NCBI GenBank assembly: GCA_965214775.1
Contig: OZ243974.1
Span: forward strand, 2,304,001-2,368,000
Length of the DNA stretch: 64,000 nt
Reading direction: 5' to 3'
Source of the DNA: Nitrosopumilus sp.
GTDB lineage: Archaea > Thermoproteota > Nitrososphaeria > Nitrososphaerales > Nitrosopumilaceae
Program-made: the position numbers and the translations under genes
Notes under the pieces: generated by a model
What the model saw: only the letters and a program-made list of their open reading frames with translations
What the model was told of the DNA's origin: nothing
The model's database searches: none
Part shown: positions 1 through 9,698 of the stretch, in pieces
Position numbering within the stretch: the stretch's first letter is position 1
How the letters are laid out: every line of letters starts with the position of its first letter

Positions 1-1238
1 GTATTTGCATCATGGAGAATCTGCCCCCATGTTGGAAATGAGGGGTCTCCCAATCCCAGAAAACTCAATCCTGCCTCTGTGGTGATTGCTGCAGGAACCG
101 AAATTGCAATACTTGCAAAGGCATAAGGGAGCAATTGTGGAATAATGTGCTTTAAAATAATTTTGGAATTTTTTTGCCCCATCATGCTGGCAGCATCAAC
201 ATACCCGCGAGTTTTGATTTGCAGCGACATGCTTCTTGAAACCTTGGCAATCCCCACCCATCCAAAAATCATCAGAAACCCCACCATTAGGAAGATGCTG
301 CTGCTGATTGTGACTGAGAGAATAATCAGAAACGGCAGGGCTGGCAATGCGTATACTATATCATTGAACCTCATCATTACTTCGTCTGTTTTTCTACCCT
401 TGAAACCTGCATAAACCCCATACATCAATCCCATGATGACAGAAGCAATTGCAACTACCAGTCCGATGAATAATGCAAGGGGGGTCCCCCAAAGCAAACC
501 AACTGCCAAATCTCTTCTTAGTTCATCTGTCCCCATTACTCCAAACGCCTTTCCTCCTATGATAAGTTCTGACTCGGTTAGTTTAATTTCAGAGCCAATT
601 GAAATTGCATTGATTTGAAACACGTATTTTCCTTTCAGAGGCGCATTTTGTTGGGTTTGTGAGAAAATAACGTATTCGGAGGATAGATTTTGAATAGAAA
701 ATCCATAATGGCCTGATTGCAAAAACAAATTTTTCTTGATCATCTCATCAGTGGAAAAAATTCTTTCTTGATGAACTGCTGATTTTTCAGAATATGGCAG
801 CGATGATGAAACTAGATCTAGTCTGATGCCGTCTGGTCTGAGGACTGACATTTGAATTAATGGTGAATTTTTGTATTCCAAAGCAAACTCGTAAATGAAA
901 TCATTTGGAAAATCATCGTATTGGTAATTTGCTGTAAATTGATGTGATGTTTGAATGATCTCTCCTTGAACAACGTTGCCAGCGATCGGAGAATCTAAAA
1001 TTTCATGTTCTGGAATTTTTTCAGACTGCAAATAATTTACCCAAGCCGGAACTGCTGCCTTTGGATACGAAATCCAACTCCCTGGATTGTTCCATTCCTG
1101 AAATGTTTCAACTGGAATAACTGTAATGGCAAATAATGAAACTGACACTAGAATAAGCAAAATTGAAATTCCTGCAATTCCGATTCTGCTTCTGATGAAT
1201 TCCTGTTTGATCTCTTGAGGACTAATGCTGCTGCTCAC
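1..1238 (-). CDS. Oligopeptide/dipeptide ABC transporter permease (DppC/OppC-like), 3' end outside window
   Basis: Open minus frame from GTG at 1238 (MSSSISPQEIKQEFIRSRIG...), GTGA overlap with upstream permease stop; contains MGTDELRRDL and EAA-loop-like GYVDAASMMG; absent from the ORF track because it runs off the edge. Confidence 0.85.
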   Translation of the reverse strand, partial: MSSSISPQEIKQEFIRSRIGIAGISILLILVSVSLFAITVIPVETFQEWNNPGSWISYPKAAVPAWVNYLQSEKIPEHEILDSPIAGNVVQGEIIQTSHQFTANYQYDDFPNDFIYEFALEYKNSPLIQMSVLRPDGIRLDLVSSSLPYSEKSAVHQERIFSTDEMIKKNLFLQSGHYGFSIQNLSSEYVIFSQTQQNAPLKGKYVFQINAISIGSEIKLTESELIIGGKAFGVMGTDELRRDLAVGLLWGTPLALFIGLVVAIASVIMGLMYGVYAGFKGRKTDEVMMRFNDIVYALPALPFLIILSVTISSSIFLMVGFLMIFGWVGIAKVSRSMSLQIKTRGYVDAASMMGQKNSKIILKHIIPQLLPYAFASIAISVPAAITTEAGLSFLGLGDPSFPTWGQILHDAN

Positions 1239-2296
1239 TGGCCTGTACTCCTCCTTACACGCGGATCAAAGTAGCCATACAGCAAATCCGCAACAAAAAT
1301 GCTGATCAGGAAAAACACGGTCAAAATGTATGTGGCTCCGATTATCACTGGCAAGTCCATCACTGTGATTGCTTCAAAGTACAACCTTCCCATTCCTGGC
1401 CAGTCAAAAACTGCTTCAGTAATGATGGCTCCCCCTAGTGAGCCTGACAAACTGAGCGCAAGTACTGTTACAATAGGCGGTGCTGCATTCTTGAGGGCAT
1501 GAGTATACACGATCTTTTTTTGGTTTATTCCTATGGTCTTTTTTGCTAAAATGAAATCTTCTTGCATGATTCCCACCATGAAGTTTCTAACTAGATATGC
1601 CCATGATCCAAACCCGATCATCACAATGGTGATCAGCGGAAGTGTCATGTGATACAGCAAAGCCAGCAGATATCCTGGCTCTGATGACGGGATATCCGGG
1701 GTAGCTCTTGCCGGGAAAATTTGATACGCGAATGAAAATACAAAAATCATCAGCATACCAATCCACCAAACCGGGAAACTTGAGCTGATTATTGCAAACG
1801 ATGAAGTGATTCTGTCAATTGCCGAGCCGACTCTAGAGCCTGCCAGTGCACCTAGAAAAATACCTATAATTGAGATGATTATTGTAGCAGTTGTAAAAAG
1901 CAGGACTGTTCTTGGAAGCTTTTCAAAAATGATTTCTTTGACATCTGATGATCCCGAGTCGCCTGCTAGAAACGTGGCATGGCCAAAATCTAGCAGAAGA
2001 ATTTTGTACATTGTTATTCCAATTCTTTGCGGTGAATACCACGGTTCGTCTAATCCTAGTGATTTTACCCTCTGATCAATCTGACTTTGTACAAACGCTT
2101 CAAATTCTTCGATTGATGAAAAACTTTCGGCAATTCCTGGATTCTCTGCAATTTCTGCTCGAACTTGAAAGACCACTCCTTGTTTTAGAATTGTGTCCAT
2201 GTTGGAACCAACTAACGCAATTGTAATTAGCAAGGTAATCATCAGAACTCCAAACATCGTTGCTAGTCTTGTTGCAACATATCTTTTCATTCCCAA
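1235..2296 (-). CDS. Oligopeptide/dipeptide ABC transporter permease (DppB/OppB-like)
   Basis: HALKNA and ITEAVFDWPGMG motifs, C-terminal DPRVR, multiple TM segments. Confidence 0.9.
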   Translation of the reverse strand: MGMKRYVATRLATMFGVLMITLLITIALVGSNMDTILKQGVVFQVRAEIAENPGIAESFSSIEEFEAFVQSQIDQRVKSLGLDEPWYSPQRIGITMYKILLLDFGHATFLAGDSGSSDVKEIIFEKLPRTVLLFTTATIIISIIGIFLGALAGSRVGSAIDRITSSFAIISSSFPVWWIGMLMIFVFSFAYQIFPARATPDIPSSEPGYLLALLYHMTLPLITIVMIGFGSWAYLVRNFMVGIMQEDFILAKKTIGINQKKIVYTHALKNAAPPIVTVLALSLSGSLGGAIITEAVFDWPGMGRLYFEAITVMDLPVIIGATYILTVFFLISIFVADLLYGYFDPRVRRSTGQ

Positions 2297-2819
2297 TATT
2301 TTTGAAATTATGGTTGGTCGTTATAATATTAGACGGTGTTTTTTGTGCGTAGCACGATAATTGCCCGGAATTTCTGATTCAACAATAAAAGGCTTCACAC
2401 CTGTTCCTTTCAAATTTGGCAGCAACAAGACACAGGGGGGGGAGGTAGGAAGTAAGGGAGACAGGGAGGGAGACAGGGAGGAGCGGGGTGGGAGTTCGTG
2501 GCAAATGAGAACAAACTAGGCCAAATTCCGACTGAACACGCTCAAAACCGCATTTTGAGGTAAAACTTCATCTTAAAACATCTCCTGCCGGCGGGCACAA
2601 TTTTACGCGTCGTGTTTCTTGCCATGTTTCCGTTTTTACTTGGTTTTTGGCACATTCCACTTGGCTGCATTATGTTTGCCTATTTGCACAGAAACCTTCT
2701 GAAAAATTCCAAAATCTGGCTACCTCCCGTCTTTGATTCGTTGCTTTATGAATTGCCGTTGTTATGGCAAGAAAAAAACAATTTGTATGTGAATTACTGT
2801 GTGAGAATGCAATGGCCAG

Positions 2820-2984
2820 AGAGATGATCCAAAGTTAGAGGCCGTGCAAATCATTGCCCTGATTTCTCTGTATATCTGTCAGGTAACTTACATTAGGTAA
2901 CCTGTCATTTACGGTCATTTTAATCGATTAATGTAAATTTGTTTATGCATGATGATCCGAATCTTCTAATTTTGAATCAATTCT
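2820..2984 (-). mobile_element. MITE family C (derivative of the IS at 29234), diverged copy
   Basis: Reverse-complement similarity to 36530-36684 (TTTTAATCGAT...TTTGTTTATGCATGAT...CCGAATC..TAATTT). Confidence 0.6.
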
Positions 2985-3102
2985 ATGTGGTACTTTTCAC
3001 CTGCCTGATATTGGAAAATGCAGTACAACAAAACACCTGTCTTCATAACGACGTTTCAGTATAATTTTGAATACGAGGAGCGCGTAGAATCCATCATCTG
3101 TT

Positions 3103-4002
3103 TTATTGCTCTTCTGATTGAACTTTTACGTCCGGCTTTTCTTGGTTGAATTGTTCCAGAATTTCTTTTGGCATAGTGATCATTTCCAAATACGCTTTTT
3201 GAGCTTCTTCAAAAGTACCTCCATTATCCAAGATTTCTGCCCTTAGATTCTGAGCGTTTTCAAAGATGTTTTTTGTAAAATTTAACTGGTTTGTGACTAG
3301 TTCTTTGATTTCAGGTCTTAGACTTGCAACATAGTATTCATACTGGTATCCACCATATGTTCCTGTACCTGGTTGATAGAAATTGATGGCTTCCTGCTTT
3401 AGTTCTTCGGCGATTCTCCTTTGCTTGTCTAAGTGAATTTGTTCTTTATTTGGTTTGAATTGCTCCTTTTTTTCTAAAATTAGCTTGTCTAATAATCCGT
3501 GATAATATCTGAATAGCATTTGGCCAATTGGGTCTTTTTCAAAATCACCCTCATCTGCACTTAGATATTTTCTTGCTTGCTCTGATGCCAATCGCTGTTC
3601 TAATAATGATAATTTACTTGCATCTCCTTTTACATCAAAAGAGATAGATGACAAACCTTTCATCTCATCCCAGGCAGCTACAATGTTTACCGGATATGTT
3701 CCTGCAGCCCTCTGCAAATCTCTGATCTCTGCCCTGAATTCACCCAGTGGATTTGTGAAAACTTTGAGGGATTCTGAGCCTGTTCTTAGAAGAACTTCTG
3801 CCCCGCTGATTGGCTTGTATGCATGATCGACAACTTGTCCGGAAACTATTACTGTGTCTCCTGAAACTATCGACTTGTTTTCCACATCAGATATGATGAT
3901 TAAATCCCACAACTCTGTCCCCCCTGCTTCTGCTGCAGGAAGAAGCAAAACTGTCATCATGCCTGCAAGAAATGCAATTACTGCTATCTTACGGGCAATC
4001 AT
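3103..4002 (-). CDS. Secreted hypothetical protein with carboxypeptidase-regulatory-like beta domain
   Basis: N-terminal signal peptide; VSGQVVD..KPISGAEV...TNPLGEF pattern. Confidence 0.7.
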   Translation of the reverse strand: MIARKIAVIAFLAGMMTVLLLPAAEAGGTELWDLIIISDVENKSIVSGDTVIVSGQVVDHAYKPISGAEVLLRTGSESLKVFTNPLGEFRAEIRDLQRAAGTYPVNIVAAWDEMKGLSSISFDVKGDASKLSLLEQRLASEQARKYLSADEGDFEKDPIGQMLFRYYHGLLDKLILEKKEQFKPNKEQIHLDKQRRIAEELKQEAINFYQPGTGTYGGYQYEYYVASLRPEIKELVTNQLNFTKNIFENAQNLRAEILDNGGTFEEAQKAYLEMITMPKEILEQFNQEKPDVKVQSEEQ

Positions 4003-4156
4003 GTATGGTTTTGCTGAATTTTATTGTTAAGATGATATATGAAGAAAAATTATCCATTTTTCAATTTTTTTTGAGCCGATTTTGTTGCCTTTGTTAAAAC
4101 CGTATCTGAATCCCTTCCCTAATTCTTAAACATCTGGAAAATTTACCCTAAGAAAT

Positions 4157-4816
4157 ATGGATTTTGAAAAATTCCAAAACGATGTAACACAAATGACAGA
4201 AAAACTGTCTCAGAACCTGGACAAGTCTGATTTGCCAAAGTTGAATTTTGTTTGTAAGCAGTTAATTGAAATGCACAAGAAACATCTTGTCAAAATCAAC
4301 CATTCGATTTTAGAACTGGTTTGTGCAAGCACTCTGATTTCCCGTGGCTATGCCGTTGAGGTTGAGAAAACTGTTTCTGAAATTCTAGTCTGCGATATCT
4401 TTGCAAAAAAGGGAGGCGGTGATACAATCGTTGAGATTGAAACGGGATTCACCCCTCCAGAACATGCAATGGATACCGTCGATTATTATGCTGCGCGAGT
4501 AATGAGTAAAATTGCTCGATATAGTAAGCATTGTGCAAAATTTTCATTGGCAACCCCTGTGACCGGAATGTTGCCTGTTGCAAAAATTTTCCTGCTTCCT
4601 CCAAATGCGAGAAAACAGGCGGATGTTCAAAAAATTAAAAGACTGTGCGATCGATACTACAAAAACCCCCCAATCAACTATGATGATATTCTGAACGCTC
4701 GCCTTCATTCAATTTTCTTGATAAATGTTGACAAGGGCTTTGCAAAGGAACTCGATCCGCAGGGATACGTGGATCTGACAAATGACCTCCTTGGCAGGAG
4801 TGAAGTCGCATATTGA
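4157..4816 (+). CDS. Conserved hypothetical protein, possible PD-(D/E)XK fold
   Basis: 219-aa ORF; VEVEK...CDIFAKK...VEIETG pattern. Confidence 0.7.
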   Translation: MDFEKFQNDVTQMTEKLSQNLDKSDLPKLNFVCKQLIEMHKKHLVKINHSILELVCASTLISRGYAVEVEKTVSEILVCDIFAKKGGGDTIVEIETGFTPPEHAMDTVDYYAARVMSKIARYSKHCAKFSLATPVTGMLPVAKIFLLPPNARKQADVQKIKRLCDRYYKNPPINYDDILNARLHSIFLINVDKGFAKELDPQGYVDLTNDLLGRSEVAY

Positions 4817-4866
4817 TTTGAACACATACGAAAAAATTCAAATTTCCCCCCGTTTCTAAATAAGTT

Positions 4867-5001
4867 ATGATATGTGCAGCATGTGAATCCCGCAAGCACT
4901 TTGAATGCATTGATTGTATGAACAACCACAAGACTCACATTTGTACCTGTGACTGCCATGATGAAAATACCATGCCCCATCCGGTGGGAAAATCTCACTG
5001 A
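4867..5001 (+). CDS. Cys/His-rich microprotein (44 aa), putative metal-binding
   Basis: MICAACESRKHFECIDCMNNHKTHICTCDCHDENTMPHPVGKSH*; fills the gap and its stop abuts the stop of the convergent gene. Confidence 0.6.
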   Translation: MICAACESRKHFECIDCMNNHKTHICTCDCHDENTMPHPVGKSH

Positions 5002-5682
5002 TTAGTTTCTGAATTTCCGTTCCGTGCCTTGGGCCATCACTTCTAACTGACTGATGTTTCCTAGTTTTCGATAAGTCAGCTTTTCTAGAGTCTTGATAAT
5101 GCTGATTGCTGCCCTGTATTGCGGGATTTCTGGCTCATTTAATTCCCCATACACGCCAATTCCCTGAACTTCGTACTTTTTGGCAAATCCGAGAATTAAT
5201 CCATTAAATCCTGTGATTATGGATTCTTGCGGGGTAGTTTCCACATCCATCCTTTTGATTTGATTTGTCATCTCTACGGATGTTGTAGTGATGTATGTCT
5301 TGGGATTGTCGTCAAAAATCCTGTTTGTATGAAATCCCCCTAGCGTGTAAAGGAATTTTGCAGAATATTTCTTTGAAATTTCGATTACATCTTTGCATAA
5401 TGCGTTTAACTCACTGTTGCTTTGAGGTTGGCCTTTTCCGCCCCCAAAAACAATTAGGCCTTCGGCGCATCTGTAATCCCAACTCTCATCTGGAAGATCA
5501 ATGTATCCTCCCCTGTCTACCACATATGTGGGAAATGGAGTTTTTGCCGTTCTAAATGGCTTGGTATGCAGTGACTCGTTGATGAAATTTATGACAATAC
5601 TGCCGACATTTCCCATGTCTTGCATAGCTGCAATGACGATTGGCTTTTGTACATCTGGCTCTTCAATCTGGCTAAACTCCAC
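5002..5682 (-). CDS. PAC2 family (proteasome assembly chaperone-like) protein
   Basis: DMGNVG, YTLGGF and ITGFNGLILG motifs of the PAC2 family. Confidence 0.85.
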   Translation of the reverse strand: MEFSQIEEPDVQKPIVIAAMQDMGNVGSIVINFINESLHTKPFRTAKTPFPTYVVDRGGYIDLPDESWDYRCAEGLIVFGGGKGQPQSNSELNALCKDVIEISKKYSAKFLYTLGGFHTNRIFDDNPKTYITTTSVEMTNQIKRMDVETTPQESIITGFNGLILGFAKKYEVQGIGVYGELNEPEIPQYRAAISIIKTLEKLTYRKLGNISQLEVMAQGTERKFRN

Positions 5683-5883
5683 ATGTCTTCTTAATTCTAA
5701 TGAATTTTAAACCTATGTTGAAAAAGTTTTGATTGATTGAAACATTATTGCGCCTAATCTGGCGTTTTCCCCTACTGTAAAAACAATATCATATTTTAAC
5801 TCTTGCAGATTTGCAATTTTTTGGCCCAAGATCGATGAAAACGTGAAGATTCATAAGGCAAAAAAACATCCTATCGACAAATT

Positions 5884-7608
5884 ATGGCAACTGCTGTAGA
5901 AAACATTGGAACACTCGAGTATGTCCTAGACAAATACTCCAAAGTCTGGAGTTGGAAGGTAACAGGCGATCGTGCAGTAAGCATGATCTCCAGACTGGTC
6001 ACTCAAGCATGGTATGGTGAAAATGTAAATGAGATAATTATTCCTGACAGTGATGAAAGTGTAAAACAAATCAAAATGATTCTAGACAGATACCCTCTAG
6101 AGATTCTCTCAAAATCTGCTTGGCAAAGAAAAATTGCAAAAACATTTGCTCCAAAGCCTGCATTGCCGCCCATAAAATTGAAACTCAAGAGAGCCAAAAC
6201 AGGCGAACAGTTCAGAGGAAAACTCTTGAATTTTCAAAAGGAAGGGTTGGATTTCCTGCTAAAATCCTCCGGCAATGCGTTATTGGCCGACGAAATGGGT
6301 TTGGGAAAGACTGTCCAAACATTATCATATGTGGCAACAGAAAAGCAAACCTTTCCGGTCCTAGTTGTTGCTCCTCTTGTCACTCTGAATAACTGGGAAA
6401 GGGAAATTTCCAAATTCTTAAAGAAAAAAAGTCGTAATGGACGGATTGTTGAAGCTGATTCTCCTGCCGTGACTATAATCCGCACTGGAAAATCAAAAGA
6501 ATTGCCAAAAACTGATATTTACATTATCAATTATGAACTACTTTTCAAAAGATACGATGATCTGTCTAAAGCTGGAATCAAAACAATCGTGTGTGACGAA
6601 GTGCACAATCTTCGCTCAAAGACTACTCAAAAGTACAAGGCAGTAAAAAAGTTAGCAGCGCTTGATTCTGTCAAATACAGAATTGGACTTTCTGGAACTC
6701 CGATATATAATCGCGGGTCTGAGATCTGGCCAATCGTTGACATCCTGAAACCCGGATTGCTAGGAAGCTTTAAAGAATTTTGTGAATATTTTTGCTATGT
6801 GAACGAAAAAGGCAGGGCCATTGTCTTGGAAAACAAGCGTGCATCTCTCAGAAACGAACTTCAAAAACATGTCATGCTTCGAAGAAAAAAGTCTGACGTT
6901 CTCAAAGAGCTAAAAGACAAAGTCAGATACAAGGAAGTAATTGCAGCTGATACCGAATACTATTTAGAGGAATTAAATAAGATTTGGCAAAAATTAGAAG
7001 AAGAACAAAGAGATGCTGAGACTGAATTTTCAAAATCTGCATCATATCAGCGTGCAATTCGGAATGAAAGACAAATTGCCGGTATGGCAAAATTACCTCA
7101 TGTAATTAATTTTGTCAAAAATATAATGGAGATTGAGGAAAGTGTCGTGGTATTTTGCCATCACAAAGTAATTCATAAGCTACTTCATCAAAGCCTTGAA
7201 GAGTTTTCTCCAGTCTCAATAATCGGTGGGCAAAGTGATTTGGTAAGGCAGGATCAAATTGACAAGTTCCAAAAGGGTGAATCAAAACTGATGATTGCCG
7301 GATTGCGTGCTGGAAATGTCGGCATTAATCTAACCCGGGCAAAATATGTTGTCTTTGCAGAGTTGGATTGGAGTCCTGCAATTCACAGACAGGCCGAAGA
7401 TAGATTGCATAGAATCGGCCAGGAAAACACTGTTTTTGCATATTATTTGATTGGCAATGGCACTCTGGATGATCATGTTGCAAATGTTCTTGTTGACAAA
7501 AGCTATGAAATTGACGAAATCATGGATGAATCGACAGAAAATTATGAAAACAAAAACAAGGCGGAATTAATTCTTGCGCAAATTCAAGACAAAATCAGAT
7601 CAAAATAA
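5884..7608 (+). CDS. SNF2-family (SF2) helicase/ATPase
   Basis: LLADEMGLGKT, CDEVH, LSGTP, QAEDRLHRIGQ motifs. Confidence 0.95.
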   Translation: MATAVENIGTLEYVLDKYSKVWSWKVTGDRAVSMISRLVTQAWYGENVNEIIIPDSDESVKQIKMILDRYPLEILSKSAWQRKIAKTFAPKPALPPIKLKLKRAKTGEQFRGKLLNFQKEGLDFLLKSSGNALLADEMGLGKTVQTLSYVATEKQTFPVLVVAPLVTLNNWEREISKFLKKKSRNGRIVEADSPAVTIIRTGKSKELPKTDIYIINYELLFKRYDDLSKAGIKTIVCDEVHNLRSKTTQKYKAVKKLAALDSVKYRIGLSGTPIYNRGSEIWPIVDILKPGLLGSFKEFCEYFCYVNEKGRAIVLENKRASLRNELQKHVMLRRKKSDVLKELKDKVRYKEVIAADTEYYLEELNKIWQKLEEEQRDAETEFSKSASYQRAIRNERQIAGMAKLPHVINFVKNIMEIEESVVVFCHHKVIHKLLHQSLEEFSPVSIIGGQSDLVRQDQIDKFQKGESKLMIAGLRAGNVGINLTRAKYVVFAELDWSPAIHRQAEDRLHRIGQENTVFAYYLIGNGTLDDHVANVLVDKSYEIDEIMDESTENYENKNKAELILAQIQDKIRSK

Positions 7609-7614
7609 CTGCTG

Positions 7615-8232
7615 TTAGTTCTTAATCTTATTTTTCAATTCAGCAAGTTTTTTGACGATGGGCTCTTTTTGAGTTGGCTCCATTTGTGAATCACGAACTT
7701 TTTTTTGAATCTCATCAATCATGCCCACAATCTCGATGATGCTCTGACTGTTTTTCTCAAAGTCTATTTTTTCAAACCCCTCTTTTTCTGTTTTATCAAT
7801 CTCTTCTATTCCCTCTGGAAGGATTTCAAAAATTTTGACAATTGCGTCATTGACTCTTTGTGGGGACATTAATACAAGTTGGTTTTTTCTCAATTTTTCC
7901 ATTTCTTGATCGATTTCTTCTTCTGTCTCTTCTAGAATGCCTGAAATCTCCTTCATACTGCATGATCTTATTTGCAATAATCTGAGGATTCGAGCCCATA
8001 ATGGAACTTTGGAATTCCAGAGAATTTCTTTTGCCAAATTCGTAATGGAAAAGGAACCATTGTTATTTAGCATGATCATCTTTCTGTCTTTTAATGCTGC
8101 CAAGGCATCCAAAATTTTTCCAACACCTAACCGATTTAAACTGGAATTTTCCAAATTTGTCTCATTAAAGGTACCTTTTTTCTTTATGGCCAAATCCAAA
8201 ATTTCTAATTCTATTGTTCCTATATTTCTCAT
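7615..8232 (-). CDS. Hypothetical protein, tandem winged-helix-like
   Basis: 205-aa ORF with two wHTH-like segments. Confidence 0.7.
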   Translation of the reverse strand: MRNIGTIELEILDLAIKKKGTFNETNLENSSLNRLGVGKILDALAALKDRKMIMLNNNGSFSITNLAKEILWNSKVPLWARILRLLQIRSCSMKEISGILEETEEEIDQEMEKLRKNQLVLMSPQRVNDAIVKIFEILPEGIEEIDKTEKEGFEKIDFEKNSQSIIEIVGMIDEIQKKVRDSQMEPTQKEPIVKKLAELKNKIKN

Positions 8233-8624
8233 GATTTCGAATCACTTTCTTGATTTATTTTCTTTTTTCCTTTTATTTTGTTTTTCTTTTCTTTTTTTAC
8301 TTGTTTCCTCCGAATGACTGTTTTTTGATCCTTTTTGTGGTTTCAAAATATTCCCACTATTGGATTTTTACCACTTTCCGAATTCCTCTATTATTTCTAA
8401 CTTAAAACATGGGTTAGAGTTCTGATTGTCTAAAAACCCGTGTTCTCCGCAAAAATTATTTTTTGCATCCGTAACCAATTCTGACTTGGAAATGAATTTG
8501 CCATGTTGTTTTTTATTTTATCTCTTTTTTCATGGCTGATTTCAATTAATTTTCCGAAATTATTTTTTTCAAAATGTTGAAATCTGTGAAATGCCTTGCC
8601 TGCTGATTTCTCTTAATTCTCTGG

Positions 8625-8715
8625 TATGTGGTCACGTCCCCTTGCTAGCTAGGCACAAGGATTACAATCATTCATGCTAATTCATGCCTAACTGATGATG
8701 GCAGGTGACCTCGTA
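8625..8715 (+). mobile_element. MITE family A (TA-flanked, IS630/Tc1-mariner-like ends)
   Basis: TATGTGGTCACGT...AGGTGACCTCGTA imperfect TIR; homologous to 50094-50182 and 61629-61719. Confidence 0.75.
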
Positions 8716-9023
8716 CATTCTCTGATATTTTTGTCACCATTCACAAAAATTACATGCGTCCTTTTTCGTTAATTGAATCTGACAAACCAATCTGCCTAAT
8801 CTTTGAAATTTCATCTGTTACAACATGTCTGCTTGCATCCAAATGACACTAGATGAATTCCTCCATCTTTTCAATATTTTCTGATCTTTCATACATCCAA
8901 GCCAATAAACTCACTTTATCTTCTTTATCTTTATCATCTCAAAGTTCTTGAACTGGTGGATGCATATATCATAGTTTGGCTATTTTTCTTCAAAAATATA
9001 TGTAGATTCTAAGGTTTCATCGT

Positions 9024-9647
9024 ATGGTCAAGTATGGACTTCCAAAGCTGCCTTATAGTTACGATGAATTAGAGCCTCATATTGATGCTGAAACTATGAG
9101 GATTCACCATCAAATGCACCACCAAGCATACGTAGACGGCCTTAACTCTGCACTAAAAATGGTGGGGGGGACATCTCATCCCCAATACATCTCGTCAATT
9201 CTTTCAGATTTGAAGTCTGTGCCTGAATCAGGAAGATCTGCTGTAAATTTTTTCGGTGGGGGATTTGAAAACCACAAACTGTTTTGGGAAACTTTGACTC
9301 CTAACTCTGATAAATCACCTGGGGGAAAATTGGAAGACGCAATTGATATCTACTATGATGATTTTAAAAACTTTGAAAAGGTTTTTTCTGAAAAAGCAAT
9401 TTCTATTCAAGGCAGTGGTTGGTGTTGGCTGGTATTTGATCAAACATACAATAAAATAGAAATCATTACCACTTCAAATCAAGACAGCCCATGGACCTTA
9501 CAAAAAATGCCGTTGTTGGCATTAGATGTTTGGGAACATGCATACTATCTGCATTATCAAAATCAAAGACCTGATTATGTAAAATCCTGGTGGAACGTTG
9601 TTAATTGGGATTACGTGGAAAACAGATTTTCTGAGATATCTGGATAA
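9024..9647 (+). CDS. sod: Fe/Mn superoxide dismutase
   Basis: HHQMHHQAY, GSGW and DVWEHAYY signatures. Confidence 0.95.
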   Translation: MVKYGLPKLPYSYDELEPHIDAETMRIHHQMHHQAYVDGLNSALKMVGGTSHPQYISSILSDLKSVPESGRSAVNFFGGGFENHKLFWETLTPNSDKSPGGKLEDAIDIYYDDFKNFEKVFSEKAISIQGSGWCWLVFDQTYNKIEIITTSNQDSPWTLQKMPLLALDVWEHAYYLHYQNQRPDYVKSWWNVVNWDYVENRFSEISG

Positions 9648-9698
9648 ACATCACAATTTGGACAAATTCTTTTAAAGAAAAACCTCATTTTTGTATCA

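Noticed and set aside
8625-8715. Integron attC-like sites for family A hairpins
   Set aside because: No RYYYAAC/GTTRRRY cores, no cassette array arrangement and no integrase; TA-flanked TIRs fit a MITE better
8750-8966. Minus-strand reading with in-frame TGA codons (possible recoding)
   Set aside because: Also needs a frameshift and contains TAG; simple pseudogene decay is more parsimonious, and other genes use TGA as stop
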